From Candidatus Latescibacterota bacterium (GTDB taxonomy: Bacteria > Latescibacterota > UBA2968 > GCA-2709665): a stretch of DNA of 64,000 bases. This document shows, in pieces, positions 1 to 9,342 of this stretch. The notes beneath the pieces were generated by a model. It was not told the DNA's origin and did not search any database. It saw only the letters and a program-made list of their open reading frames with translations. Position numbers and translations under genes: made by a program. Location of the stretch: contig CBDCOX010000002.1 of NCBI GenBank assembly GCA_965219995.1, forward strand, positions 5,312,001-5,376,000, written 5' to 3'. Within the stretch, counting starts at the first letter, position 1, and every line of letters starts with the position of its first letter.

Positions 1-1014
1 CGGGCATACCACCGAACTGAGTTGTTGCACCGAACCGTCGTCGGCGAGCCGGTAGATGTTGAACCCGTGGTAGCTTCCGGCAAAGAGGATGTCGTCCCGA
101 AATGCCATGTCGGTGTTGGAGAAACTCAGCAGCGGCGCCCGTTCCCAGTCTTCGTCTTCTTCCTCCTCCTCCGCCTCCTCCGCGTCCTCCGCTTCTTCCT
201 CCGCTTCCTCCTCGTCGGCGCCGGCGGCGTCCTCGGACTCCTCGTCCGCAGGCTGCTCCGGCGGCAGGCTGGCGGGATTGTCCGGGTCGAAGAACCCGGG
301 GGGCCTCGGCGTCGAAGCGAGCAGCGCCAGGTTCAGCGTCGCCTGCTCCGCGTCGTCGAACCCGGCCTTGAGCCCCGCACGCGGGTCGTCCGAGAGCGTG
401 ATGAGCACCGCGTGCATGCGCTCGATTTCCGCGGTCTGATCGTTGGTGACGTCCGTGGTGAACTCGAACAGCACCGGGTCGTACGCCGCGCCCGGCCGTT
501 CGTGCAGTTCCTCGACCATCGTCACCGCGCCTTCGTGATGCGTGATCATCAACTGCAGGAAGAGCCGGTCGAATGCCGTGCCCGTCGCGGCGGCGAGATC
601 GGTCATCTGCTTTGGCGTGGCCATGCCGGCCATGCGATGGTCGGTGTGCATGGCGGCGTGGTCCGACGGATCCGGGACCGCCTCGCCGCGGTCGCTGAGC
701 CATTGCTCCATGAACTCGATCTCGTCCCGCTGGGAGAGATTGATGCGGCCGGCCGCGTCGGCGAGTTCCGGCCGGTTCGTGCGGTCCGCCACCAGTGCAG
801 CCATCTCCACGGCCTGTTGGTGGTGCGGAATCATGTCCTGCATGAACCGGACATCGTCGATCGAGTAGCTGCTGACGGCGACGTCGATCGCCTGTTCGGC
901 GGTCAGCTCCCGCGCCGGTTCCCCCGGCTTGCCCGGCTGCACGATGGGGGCCGGGTCCGCGGCAAGCGTTGCCCCGAACAGAAGCGCTACCGCGATGCAC
1001 GTAGGGGTTCTCAT
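1..1014 (-). CDS. Secreted DUF305 (ferritin-like) domain protein with acidic linker and probable LVIVD-repeat C-terminal region; runs off the window edge
   Basis: Manual translation: MRTPTCIAVALLFGATLAA signal peptide; DVRFMQDMIPHHQQAVEM and FDRLFLQLMITHHEGAVTM DUF305 motifs; E/D-rich linker; NTDMAF...GSYHGFNIY. ATG overlaps the stop of the upstream S9 gene (ATGA). Confidence 0.85.
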   Translation of the reverse strand, partial: MRTPTCIAVALLFGATLAADPAPIVQPGKPGEPARELTAEQAIDVAVSSYSIDDVRFMQDMIPHHQQAVEMAALVADRTNRPELADAAGRINLSQRDEIEFMEQWLSDRGEAVPDPSDHAAMHTDHRMAGMATPKQMTDLAAATGTAFDRLFLQLMITHHEGAVTMVEELHERPGAAYDPVLFEFTTDVTNDQTAEIERMHAVLITLSDDPRAGLKAGFDDAEQATLNLALLASTPRPPGFFDPDNPASLPPEQPADEESEDAAGADEEEAEEEAEDAEEAEEEEEDEDWERAPLLSFSNTDMAFRDDILFAGSYHGFNIYRLADDGSVQQLSSVVCP

Positions 1015-3461
1015 CGTGCCTGCTCGGAGGGCTCCTCTCTTGCGAGGGGTGCCCCCTCGCGCTGCCCGGCTGAGGGCTCTTTCTTGCGAGGGGTTCCCCC
1101 CTCGCGCTCCCCGGCTGATGGCTCTCCCAAGTGCTCCTCAAAGAACCGCCGCTGCCGCTTGACGATGTAGGGATGCGTGGCGGCGCCGCCGTGGTTCGCG
1201 TCGGGCACGACGTACGAAGTGAAGTCCTTGTCCGCGTCGATCAGCGCATCGAAGATGGCCATCGCGGCCCGGAACGGCACGTTCTCGTCGATCTCCCCGT
1301 ACACCAGCATCAGGTCCGCCTCGAGGCGGTCGATGATGGCGATGTTGCTCGTCAGTTCGTGGACATCGCGCTCGCTGCCCGGGGCGCCGAAGAAGCGCTC
1401 CACCGAAACGCCCGACGGGACCGAGTGCAGGTACTCGTGGGGGCCGACATGGGAGACGACCACGTCGAAGAAGCCGGGGAACAGCAGGGCCGCCCGCAGG
1501 GAGCCATAACCGCCGAACGACGCGCCCGTGATGCCGACCCGGCTCGTGTCCATGTAGGGCCGGTCGACCGCCACGTTCTCGATGGCGGCCTTGTGGTCCG
1601 CGGCGCCGAAGAGGTCCTCGGTGCCCGAGAACGCATACCGGAAGTCCCGGTCGCGGCGCGTGGTGCCGCGGCCGTCCACGGTCACGACGACGAAACCCGC
1701 CTGGGCCGTCGCCTGTGCGTCGCGGGTCGTGATCGCCGCGAAGTTGTCGAGGAACGTGTGCGGCCCGGAGTCGATCTGCGGTCCGGGGTAGGTCTGGTCG
1801 ACCACCGCGTACTTCCGGGAGGGATCGAAGTCGAGCGGCTTGAACAACGCCCCGTACAGGTCCGTCTCCCCGTCCGCCGCCTTGACGACGAACCGCTCCG
1901 GGGGTTGCCAGCCCGTCGCGAGCAGGCGGGACGCATCGGCGCGCAGCACCTCGGAGACCAGGTTGCCGTCGCGGTCCCGGATCACCATCGCCGGCGGCTG
2001 CTCGAGGGTGGAGAAGACATCGACGAAATAGTCGCCGGACGGCGAGAACTTCGAGAGCGAGTCGAACCCGACGCTGACCGGCAGGGCGTAGCGGAAGAAC
2101 TCGTGGGCGGCGTCCTCGGGCGTGAGCAGTTCGGCGTCGCCGCCGTCGAACGAGGCGCGGTAGAGGTGCGCGAAGTAGGGATTGCGTCCGTCTTCGCGGC
2201 CGCCCGCGGTGAAGTAGACCTGCCGCGCCCCGTCGTCGACGCGGATGACGTCGAAGACCACGCCGCCGTCGGTGACCTGGTTCTTCAGTTCGCCGGTGCG
2301 CGCGTCGTACAGGTAGAGCTGCCCGGCGCCCGAGCGCTGGGAGTACCAGAGCGCCTCGGAACCGTCGGCGGTGACGTGGAAGTTGGGGGCGTGGTAGTCC
2401 CGCGCCGAGAACGCGTAGAAATGGGTTTCGCTCTCCTCCACGACCGTGCGCACGGCGCCGGTCTTGAGGTCCATGGCGGCGATGCCGTAGGTCTGGCCCC
2501 CATGGTCCGCCGTCACGAAGAAGAGTTCGCCATTCTCCATGTTCCACCAAAGGACGTTCGCCCCGAAGTGCATGGGCGCGAAGTCCTGCAGGCGCGCCGG
2601 GTCGATGTCGGCCCGCACGGTGCGGCCGGTCTCCGTGTCGATGACAGCGATCTCCCTCGGCGGCGCCGTCTTCTCAGCCGCCACTAGCACCCGGTCGAGA
2701 TGGACGGCGGTGAAGGGCAGATCGGGGGGCAGGTGCTCCTTGATGTAGGAGCGCTTCGGCACGGCGCGCAGGTCCACGCGCATGGCGGCAACGTAGCGGC
2801 TATCGGGAGACCAGTTCACCGAGACGATCGGCGCCGGTTCGCCGGACCGGCGGCGCTGGATCCGGTTCAGTTCGAAACCGAGGTGTCCGTAGGCGAAACC
2901 GTCCTCGCCATCGGTGGTGAGCTGGGTCTCCTCACCGGAATCCAGGTCCCGGACCCAGAGGTTGGCGGCGCGGACGAAGGCGGTGCGCGTACCGTCAGGA
3001 GAAGGGCGCTCGGCGGGCGACGCCGGCAGCGATTCGTCCTTCGCGCACTCGGCGGCATCCGCGGAGCAGGCGAACACGCCGCTCGCCGTGGTGACGACCA
3101 AGCCGTCGCCGTCCAGGCCGAGCGAGACGATCGGCAGGTTGTCCGCATCGGCCTCCGCGAGTCCGGCGTCGGCAAGCGCCGCTGCGAGACGGGCGTGATC
3201 GAATGCAGGCTCTTTCTCGCCCGACGCAGCATCCACCACCACGAAACGGGTGCCGTCGCCGGTCTCCTGCCTCATCCAGAACCGGTCTTCACCGCCGATC
3301 CAGTGGGCCTCCGGACGCAGGTTCTTCACGAGCGCCATCAGCGCCGCGGACTCGAATTCGGCGGGGTCCTGCCGCGCGTCGTCGCTGTCCGCCGCGCAGG
3401 CACCGACCGCCCACCAGAAGGCAAACGCCGAGACGGCGACGGATCGTGTCTGAGGTTTCAT
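1011..3461 (-). CDS. S9 family (DPP-IV/prolyl oligopeptidase-like) peptidase, secreted
   Basis: Signal peptide, DPPIV_N beta-propeller (SPDG, WSPDS), GASFGG nucleophile, DENV Asp, NHG His. Confidence 0.92.
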   Translation of the reverse strand: MKPQTRSVAVSAFAFWWAVGACAADSDDARQDPAEFESAALMALVKNLRPEAHWIGGEDRFWMRQETGDGTRFVVVDAASGEKEPAFDHARLAAALADAGLAEADADNLPIVSLGLDGDGLVVTTASGVFACSADAAECAKDESLPASPAERPSPDGTRTAFVRAANLWVRDLDSGEETQLTTDGEDGFAYGHLGFELNRIQRRRSGEPAPIVSVNWSPDSRYVAAMRVDLRAVPKRSYIKEHLPPDLPFTAVHLDRVLVAAEKTAPPREIAVIDTETGRTVRADIDPARLQDFAPMHFGANVLWWNMENGELFFVTADHGGQTYGIAAMDLKTGAVRTVVEESETHFYAFSARDYHAPNFHVTADGSEALWYSQRSGAGQLYLYDARTGELKNQVTDGGVVFDVIRVDDGARQVYFTAGGREDGRNPYFAHLYRASFDGGDAELLTPEDAAHEFFRYALPVSVGFDSLSKFSPSGDYFVDVFSTLEQPPAMVIRDRDGNLVSEVLRADASRLLATGWQPPERFVVKAADGETDLYGALFKPLDFDPSRKYAVVDQTYPGPQIDSGPHTFLDNFAAITTRDAQATAQAGFVVVTVDGRGTTRRDRDFRYAFSGTEDLFGAADHKAAIENVAVDRPYMDTSRVGITGASFGGYGSLRAALLFPGFFDVVVSHVGPHEYLHSVPSGVSVERFFGAPGSERDVHELTSNIAIIDRLEADLMLVYGEIDENVPFRAAMAIFDALIDADKDFTSYVVPDANHGGAATHPYIVKRQRRFFEEHLGEPSAGEREGGTPRKKEPSAGQREGAPLAREEPSEQAR
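1026..1124 (-). repeat. Two tandem 45-bp units plus a partial third of the GAGCCHTCAGCCGGGSA hairpin repeat family, inside the 3' end of the S9 gene
   Basis: Minus-strand units begin GAGCC(A/C)TCAGCCGGG(G/C)AGCGCGAGGGG and contain a GCGAGGGG/CCCCTCGC stem; translated as EPSAGEREGGTPRKK / EPSAGQREGAPLARE / EPS. Confidence 0.85.
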
Positions 3462-3474
3462 CGTGCTTCGTCCA

Positions 3475-4437
3475 TCAATAGAGCGGCGGCTCGAGTTCCT
3501 CGGCGGCATCCGCGTACACCCACTTCAGGCCGTCCCCGATGATGATCGGCAACACGTCGAAGTGGTCCCGGTCGCGATACAGCCGTGTCTGCAGGGCCAG
3601 CGACGGGTATCGGCGCAGGAGCAGGTTTTCCGCGAACAGCACCGTCCGGCTGACGATGCGCTGCGCCGACATCGGGAGGTTGTTGACCTCGAGGTCGCCG
3701 GCGCCCACGAAAACCCGGGCCGGCAGGTCGTCGTGGCCGGCGGCGTAGTCCGCCTCCATGGTCAGGCTGAGCCCGTTCGTGCCGCTGCCGATGATGTAGC
3801 GGTCGAAACCGCCCGGACGCCCCAGCAAGGCATAGCCGGTGAACGCGCCGCCCGCGGAGTGACCGAGCAGGGCGTGGTCGTCCGCCATGCGGTACCGCTC
3901 CGCCAGCGCCGGGCGGAGCCGGTCGATGAGAAAGGCGAGGAACGCATCCCCCTTCACGTTGGCGAAGATGTCCGCGTCCGGGTCGACGCCCCACTGGGCC
4001 ATCTCCTCGCGCATGTAATCCAGGGCCGGCCCGGGTTCCGACACCGACGACCCCGGCGGAAAGAGGTCGACGGTCCGCTTGGCGAGCCCCGCCAGGCCTT
4101 CTTCGCTGGGATGCCCCACCGCCACGACGATCAGTTCCGGGATGCGGTTGCCCGCCGCGTAGAAACCCACCAGGCCCACCGTCATGTCGAACAGGAGCGC
4201 GCCGTCCATGACCCAGAGCACGGGGTAGCGCTTGTCGGGCAACGCGTCATAGGTGGCCGGCAACGCGACAAGCACCTCGTGGTCGTAGTCGTAGCCCTCC
4301 GCCCGGTACTGCATGGCCGGCAACTGGGTCATGGCGTAGTGGGCGCCCTCCACCAGGAGCTGGTTCTGCTGGCCCCACGCGGCGCAACAGGCGAGCACGC
4401 CGGCGACCGCGGCCGTGCGTGTTCGTGCATTCATCAT
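3475..4437 (-). CDS. Secreted alpha/beta hydrolase, putative esterase (IroE/BesA-like)
   Basis: Signal peptide, YPVLWVMDG, GHSAGG nucleophile elbow, C-terminal His (RDH). Confidence 0.85.
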   Translation of the reverse strand: MMNARTRTAAVAGVLACCAAWGQQNQLLVEGAHYAMTQLPAMQYRAEGYDYDHEVLVALPATYDALPDKRYPVLWVMDGALLFDMTVGLVGFYAAGNRIPELIVVAVGHPSEEGLAGLAKRTVDLFPPGSSVSEPGPALDYMREEMAQWGVDPDADIFANVKGDAFLAFLIDRLRPALAERYRMADDHALLGHSAGGAFTGYALLGRPGGFDRYIIGSGTNGLSLTMEADYAAGHDDLPARVFVGAGDLEVNNLPMSAQRIVSRTVLFAENLLLRRYPSLALQTRLYRDRDHFDVLPIIIGDGLKWVYADAAEELEPPLY

Positions 4438-4477
4438 CGCTCTCCGGTCAGTCTGGCTACGGAACCACTCGACGCCG

Positions 4478-5332
4478 CTACCGGAACACTCCCGACAGCC
4501 ACTCGTCGATCACGGCAACCTGCACGTCCGGCGCGGCGGCGTCCAGGTGGTTCCTGCCCGGAATGATCCTGACATCCCAACCCGCGGCTTCGAGTTCCGC
4601 GCGGTTGCGGATGATCGCTTCGCCCATGTGGGTGAGGGGTTCGCCGTTCAGCGTGGGGAGGTCCTGGTCGCCGATCCAGGTCAGCCGCGGCATGTCGAGC
4701 GCGCCCTGGATCGCCCGGTCGTCGAAGCTCCGGAGGCCTTCGTAGTAGGTCAGGAACTGCCGACCGTTCTCCGGCGCATCGGATTCGAGGCCGTACAGCG
4801 AGGCCGGACCCTCGGACATCGCGCGGGTGGTCGCGAGCATGTCATCGTAGATGCCGTCCATCACCGGGAAGCCGCCACAAACCAGCGCGGTCAGCCGGTC
4901 GGTGCGCAGGGCCAACTGCAAACCGGTGACGCAACCCCACGAGAACCCCGCGTAGGCGAACTCCGCGGCGCCGGCCGCATCCGCGATCGCCAGGTAGTCG
5001 CGCGCGACGGCCGACGGGGTGAGGGTATAGAGCTTCGGTTCGACGCCGGGATACTCGATGAAGATCAGCCGGTACTTCGAGCCCAGGGCGTCGATGTAGG
5101 CCTGCTTCGCCCCGGCCATGAGCTCGAAGACCTCGGGCATCAACTCCTGCCCCGGCAAGGCCGCCGCCCGGGCCGCCGCGGTGCCGGGCCCCAGGAACAG
5201 GAACCGTTCCCCGCTGCCGTGCACTTCGAAGTAGATCGAGGAGCCGTCGTGCGCTAGCGCCTGCCCCGCCTCGGCCATCGCCGGCGCCGTCATGCCGAGC
5301 ATCACCGCCCCAGCCAACACCAATCGCCGCAT
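4478..5332 (-). CDS. Secreted alpha/beta fold hydrolase
   Basis: MRRLVLAGAVMLGMTAPAMA signal peptide, GFSWG motif, GDQD, NHL. Confidence 0.85.
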   Translation of the reverse strand: MRRLVLAGAVMLGMTAPAMAEAGQALAHDGSSIYFEVHGSGERFLFLGPGTAAARAAALPGQELMPEVFELMAGAKQAYIDALGSKYRLIFIEYPGVEPKLYTLTPSAVARDYLAIADAAGAAEFAYAGFSWGCVTGLQLALRTDRLTALVCGGFPVMDGIYDDMLATTRAMSEGPASLYGLESDAPENGRQFLTYYEGLRSFDDRAIQGALDMPRLTWIGDQDLPTLNGEPLTHMGEAIIRNRAELEAAGWDVRIIPGRNHLDAAAPDVQVAVIDEWLSGVFR

Positions 5333-5343
5333 AAGAATCCTCC

Positions 5344-6354
5344 CTACGTCCACACCTGTTCCGCCACGCGCATGTTGTTGCCGCCGAGCAGTCCGCGCAG
5401 CGCGCCGTCGTCCCAACCCAGCGTCAACAGCCGCTCGGCGATCTCCGGTATCCGCTCCGGCTCCACCATGCGCAATCCGCTTCGATAGCCCTTCTCCGGT
5501 GGGAACAGCTCCGGATCGGCCGCGATCAGGTCGTCCAGCTCCGACGCGTCGAACACGTAATCGAGCCCCAGCCCGACGTGCTCGGGGCCCACGAGGTCCG
5601 CGACGTAGTCGATGTGGCGCACGATGGCGTCGGTGGAGTTGTCGTTGTCGCCCATGAAGAAGCCGATCCCGTTGACGTTGACCACACCGCCGCTCGCGGC
5701 ACACGCCTCGATCAGGTCGTCGGGGATGTTGCGCTCGTGGTCCCACAGGGCGCGCGGGTTGGAATGGGAGAAGATCACCGGGTTGGTCGAGTACTCGATG
5801 GCCTCCCGCGCCGTGCGGTAGCCGGTATGGCTGCAGCAGAGCACCATGCCCACGCGTTTCATCTCGTCGATGACGCGCCGCCCGAAGTCGGTGAGGCCGC
5901 AGTCGTCGTCCTGGCAACCGCCGCCGACGCGATTGTTGCGGTTGTAGGCGATCAGCATCCACTTCACGCCCAGCGCGGCATAGGGTTCGACCAGTTCGGG
6001 CAGGTCGTCGACGGCCACGGCGCCTTCGAGGTCGAAGGCGACACCAAGCTTGCCCTCCCGCTTGGCGCGATGCACGTCGCTCACCCGGTCGACCAGCAGG
6101 TAGCGCTCCGGGCGCCGCTGGATCCAGCTCCGGAAGGTGGCCAGCATCTTGAACCCGAAGTGCCAGGGAAAGTGGTCGAAGGAGACGTTGAGGCTCACGA
6201 AGGAGACACCGCTCCGCCGATGCCGTTCGAGGTCGTCGAGGAACGAGACGTCGCCGGCCCGTACCGGCATGCAGGCGTGGTTGTCCCAGACGACCGCCTC
6301 GGCGAGCAGTTTCTCGAGACGGGGCGACATGTCTCCGCGGTTCCGGACGTTCAT
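5344..6354 (-). CDS. Membrane/renal-type dipeptidase (peptidase M19)
   Basis: DNHAC, DLEG, GLTDFGRRVIDEMKRVGM, SHTG, FSHSN, HERNIPD, HVGLGLD motifs; start may be 6330. Confidence 0.9.
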   Translation of the reverse strand: MNVRNRGDMSPRLEKLLAEAVVWDNHACMPVRAGDVSFLDDLERHRRSGVSFVSLNVSFDHFPWHFGFKMLATFRSWIQRRPERYLLVDRVSDVHRAKREGKLGVAFDLEGAVAVDDLPELVEPYAALGVKWMLIAYNRNNRVGGGCQDDDCGLTDFGRRVIDEMKRVGMVLCCSHTGYRTAREAIEYSTNPVIFSHSNPRALWDHERNIPDDLIEACAASGGVVNVNGIGFFMGDNDNSTDAIVRHIDYVADLVGPEHVGLGLDYVFDASELDDLIAADPELFPPEKGYRSGLRMVEPERIPEIAERLLTLGWDDGALRGLLGGNNMRVAEQVWT

Positions 6355-6479
6355 GAAAGCGGCGCCTCCCGACTGGCGGTTGCGGAGTCTGTATTGAGGA
6401 CGAGCTTAGCCCACTGCGTCCTTGGCAAGCGGACCGCCAAACCCCTTGGCGGCAATTTGACGACGATCGGAAGACGACG

Positions 6480-7430
6480 ATGCAGCGCAGACATTTCCTT
6501 TCCGGGGCCGCAACGCTGGCCGCGGCAACGACCATTCCCGGCACTTTGGACGCACGGGCCGCCGATGCCCCCAACGTCACTCCCTCGAACGGGCCCTGGC
6601 CGCTCCGGGGATCGGAGAGCTTCGTCATCGACTCCGAGGCGGTCGGCGACCGCCTGGCGGTCGGCGTCTCGCAACCCGACACGGAGTTCCTGCAGCTCCT
6701 CGGCAGAACCGAGGAACTGCCCCCGCCGGACCTCGTCTACGTGCTGGACGGTTCCTGGGCCTTGGCGATCGCGGTGTCCATCGCCCGTTTGCAGCTCGTG
6801 GACCTGGTCAAACCCGGCTTCCCGCCCCTGGTGATGGTCGGCGTCGACTACCCGGAAGACCAGCCCAACGCCCGCACCCGGGACTACACCCACACGGACC
6901 TGGCGACGCCCCTGCAGCCCGGCGAGTTGCCCCCGGAGCAGACCATCGGCGGCGCGGACAACTTCCTGCGCTTCCTGGAGGAAGAGCTGGATCCGCTCAT
7001 TCGCGCACGCTACGACGTGAGCGACCGGCCCGCCGGGATCCTCGGCGACTCCTACGGCGGCACGTTCACTTTTCATGCGTTCCGCCGCCAGTCGAAGCTG
7101 TTCGACAAGTACTTCCTGGGCAGTCCGGGGCTGTTCACCACCGGCGTCGACTACATCGGGGAGGTGCGGAAGCTGCTCGAGGGCGAACTCGTGCACGACA
7201 CCAAGATGTACCTCTCGTTCGGCGCCATGGAGGCCAACGGCGGCGTACCGTTCTACGAGGACATGGGGCGCAACTACAACAGCCTCGTCAGCGTGCTCAA
7301 CTCGACGCCGAACGACGGGCTCACGTTCGCATCGAAGATGTACCCGGGCCACACGCATACGACGATTCTCGCCCCGGCGATCAACGACGCGCTGCTCTAT
7401 CTCTACGGGCCGCACCTGCCGCGGGGCTGA
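6480..7430 (+). CDS. Tat-exported alpha/beta hydrolase (IroE/BesA-like esterase)
   Basis: MQRRHFL twin-arginine signal, VYVLDG, RTRDYT, GGADNFLRFL, GDSYGG. Confidence 0.88.
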   Translation: MQRRHFLSGAATLAAATTIPGTLDARAADAPNVTPSNGPWPLRGSESFVIDSEAVGDRLAVGVSQPDTEFLQLLGRTEELPPPDLVYVLDGSWALAIAVSIARLQLVDLVKPGFPPLVMVGVDYPEDQPNARTRDYTHTDLATPLQPGELPPEQTIGGADNFLRFLEEELDPLIRARYDVSDRPAGILGDSYGGTFTFHAFRRQSKLFDKYFLGSPGLFTTGVDYIGEVRKLLEGELVHDTKMYLSFGAMEANGGVPFYEDMGRNYNSLVSVLNSTPNDGLTFASKMYPGHTHTTILAPAINDALLYLYGPHLPRG

Positions 7431-7461
7431 CGGCGCGGGACGGGGGCGAATCGGAGGCGTC

Positions 7462-8583
7462 ATGAATCGCAGGCAACTTGTCCTCACCGCGGCGGGCCTG
7501 ACGCTGCTGCCGCGGGCGGTGCCGGTACGGGCCGCCGCGTCGGTCCCCGCCTTGTCGGCGCGAACGCTGAGGCTGCTCGCCGAGAGCCCGATCGTGGACC
7601 TGACGGGCGCGAACTCGCCCATTCACGCGATCTCGATGCAGCCCGTCGGCTACGACACCTGGATCGCGAAGTACAAGAAGGCGAACGTCACCTGGCTGTC
7701 CATGACGGCGGGATCCGACTTCACCAAGACCACCGGCCAGATGCTGCACGTGCTCGCGGCGAACCGGCGCTACCTCCTGGAACGGCCGGACGAGTACGTC
7801 TTCGTGCGGAACGTCGCGGACGTGGCCCGCGCCAAGGCCGAGGGCAAGCTGGGGGTCAACTTCAACTTCCAGGGATCGACGCCCCTCGAAGGGGACATCA
7901 ACCTGGTGGAGGTGCTGTTCGGGCTCGGCGTCGGGCACATGCTGCTCGCCTACAACGACAAGAACCTCGCCTCCGGAGGCAGTCACGACCACGACAACCC
8001 GGGGCTGTCGAACTTCGGCCGCGCCCTCGTCGCCGAGATGAACCGGGTCGGCATGGTCTGCGACGGCAGCCACATGTCGGAGCGCTCGACCCTCGAGATG
8101 TGCGAGCACTCGACGGCGCCGGTGATCTTCTCCCACTCCTCCGCCCGGGCGCTGCGCGATCACGAGCGCAACATCAGCGACGGCCAGATCCGGGCGGCGG
8201 CCGCCACCGGGGGCGTGATCGGCATCAACGGCGTCTCGCTGTTCCTGTCGGAGGCGCTGTACGATCCTTCCGCGGAACGGATGTTCCGGCATGTCGACTA
8301 CGTCGCGGAACTGGTCGGCGACCGGCACGTCGGGCTCGGCCTCGACCACGTACCCCTCATGGACGAACCGCTGCCGGTCGAGAACGTGGTCCCGCAGTAC
8401 ACGGAACTCTACGGCGAGGAACAGTATCCGCCGATGAACCGGCTGGCCATCGCCGGCCCGTCCGTCATCGCGCCGCTGACCGAACTGATGGTCGCTCACG
8501 GCTACAGGGACGATCAGATACGGGGCATCCTGGGCGGGAACTTCCTGCGCGTCTTCGGGCAGGTGTGGGGCAGCCAATCGTAG
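7462..8583 (+). CDS. Tat-exported M19 dipeptidase-family protein with atypical metal ligands
   Basis: MNRRQL signal; GLSNFGRALVAEMNRVGM, DGSH, FSHS, HERNISD, HVGLGLD. Confidence 0.85.
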   Translation: MNRRQLVLTAAGLTLLPRAVPVRAAASVPALSARTLRLLAESPIVDLTGANSPIHAISMQPVGYDTWIAKYKKANVTWLSMTAGSDFTKTTGQMLHVLAANRRYLLERPDEYVFVRNVADVARAKAEGKLGVNFNFQGSTPLEGDINLVEVLFGLGVGHMLLAYNDKNLASGGSHDHDNPGLSNFGRALVAEMNRVGMVCDGSHMSERSTLEMCEHSTAPVIFSHSSARALRDHERNISDGQIRAAAATGGVIGINGVSLFLSEALYDPSAERMFRHVDYVAELVGDRHVGLGLDHVPLMDEPLPVENVVPQYTELYGEEQYPPMNRLAIAGPSVIAPLTELMVAHGYRDDQIRGILGGNFLRVFGQVWGSQS

Positions 8584-8660
8584 GGGGAGCGCGCGAACGT
8601 GATCGTGACAGGGATCTCGGTCGCTACCGACGACGGTCGGCGGAAAGAGGGGTCAACGGT

Positions 8661-9020
8661 TCATTCGCCGAGGACATCGAGGGCCCCCACCAGGGGCAGC
8701 AACTTGAGCAACGTGGCCCGGAACTCCTCTGGCGTGGCGGCGACGATCTTCTTCGCCTTCCGCTCCCGCCACGCCAGTGTCTGAACCAGATTCGCGGCGA
8801 CGACGGACGGTCGCTCGAGGTTGCCTATCGGCACCTCGGTTGAGCCGCCCCGAACGCTCGTGCTGATCGGACAGCAGATCAACAGGCCTGTCCGGCGGTT
8901 GTAGTCCCGGCTGCTCAGGACGAGTGCCGGGCGGTACCTGCCGATCTCCTTGCCCCGGGTCGGCTCGAAATCGAGCCAGACCACGTCCCCGCGGTCCGGG
9001 ACATAGTCGTCGCCGGCCAA
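8661..9020 (-). CDS. mazF: Type II TA toxin, MazF/PemK endoribonuclease
   Basis: YVPDRGDVVWLDFEPTRGKEIGRYRPALVLS...CCPIST signature. Confidence 0.93.
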   Translation of the reverse strand: MAGDDYVPDRGDVVWLDFEPTRGKEIGRYRPALVLSSRDYNRRTGLLICCPISTSVRGGSTEVPIGNLERPSVVAANLVQTLAWRERKAKKIVAATPEEFRATLLKLLPLVGALDVLGE

Positions 9021-9021
9021 C

Positions 9022-9288
9022 TTAGAGGCCGAGCTCGCGGTCCGTGGGATCGGCGAGCAGGTCGGCGTGGGCGGTCTCCGCCGTCATGCCCTCGAGCAGT
9101 ACGCTCTCGCTTTCGGGAAAGCGGAAGGAGCGAACGCTGCCGGCCGCGCGCCTGACCGTAAAGCCCTCGTTGTCGACATCCACCGTGACGCGCATGCCCG
9201 GCTCGAATCGTGGCAGTTCCGCCATGGCGCCGGTGACCCGCAACGCCAGGCTATTGCCCCACTTCTTGATCTCTGTTTCGACGCGCAC
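9022..9288 (-). CDS. mazE: Type II TA antitoxin, AbrB/MazE family
   Basis: IKKWGNSLALRV signature; directly upstream of mazF. Confidence 0.92.
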   Translation of the reverse strand: MRVETEIKKWGNSLALRVTGAMAELPRFEPGMRVTVDVDNEGFTVRRAAGSVRSFRFPESESVLLEGMTAETAHADLLADPTDRELGL

Positions 9289-9318
9289 CTCTCGCCCCGG
9301 CGATTGGCGGACAAGCAG

Positions 9319-9337
9319 TGTATCCAGTGTAGATACA
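9319..9337. promoter_or_regulatory. Palindromic operator, probably mazEF autoregulation
   Basis: TGTATC-N7-GATACA about 30 bp upstream of the mazE start. Confidence 0.6.
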
Positions 9338-9342
9338 AAGCG

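Noticed and set aside
150-250. Low-complexity TCC/TTC-rich tract
   Set aside because: Encodes the acidic linker of the DUF305 protein
22-1170. Long + strand ORFs (and many similar Arg/Pro/Gly-rich alternative-frame ORFs throughout)
   Set aside because: Shadow ORFs expected in high-GC DNA; the opposite strand or another frame carries recognisable proteins
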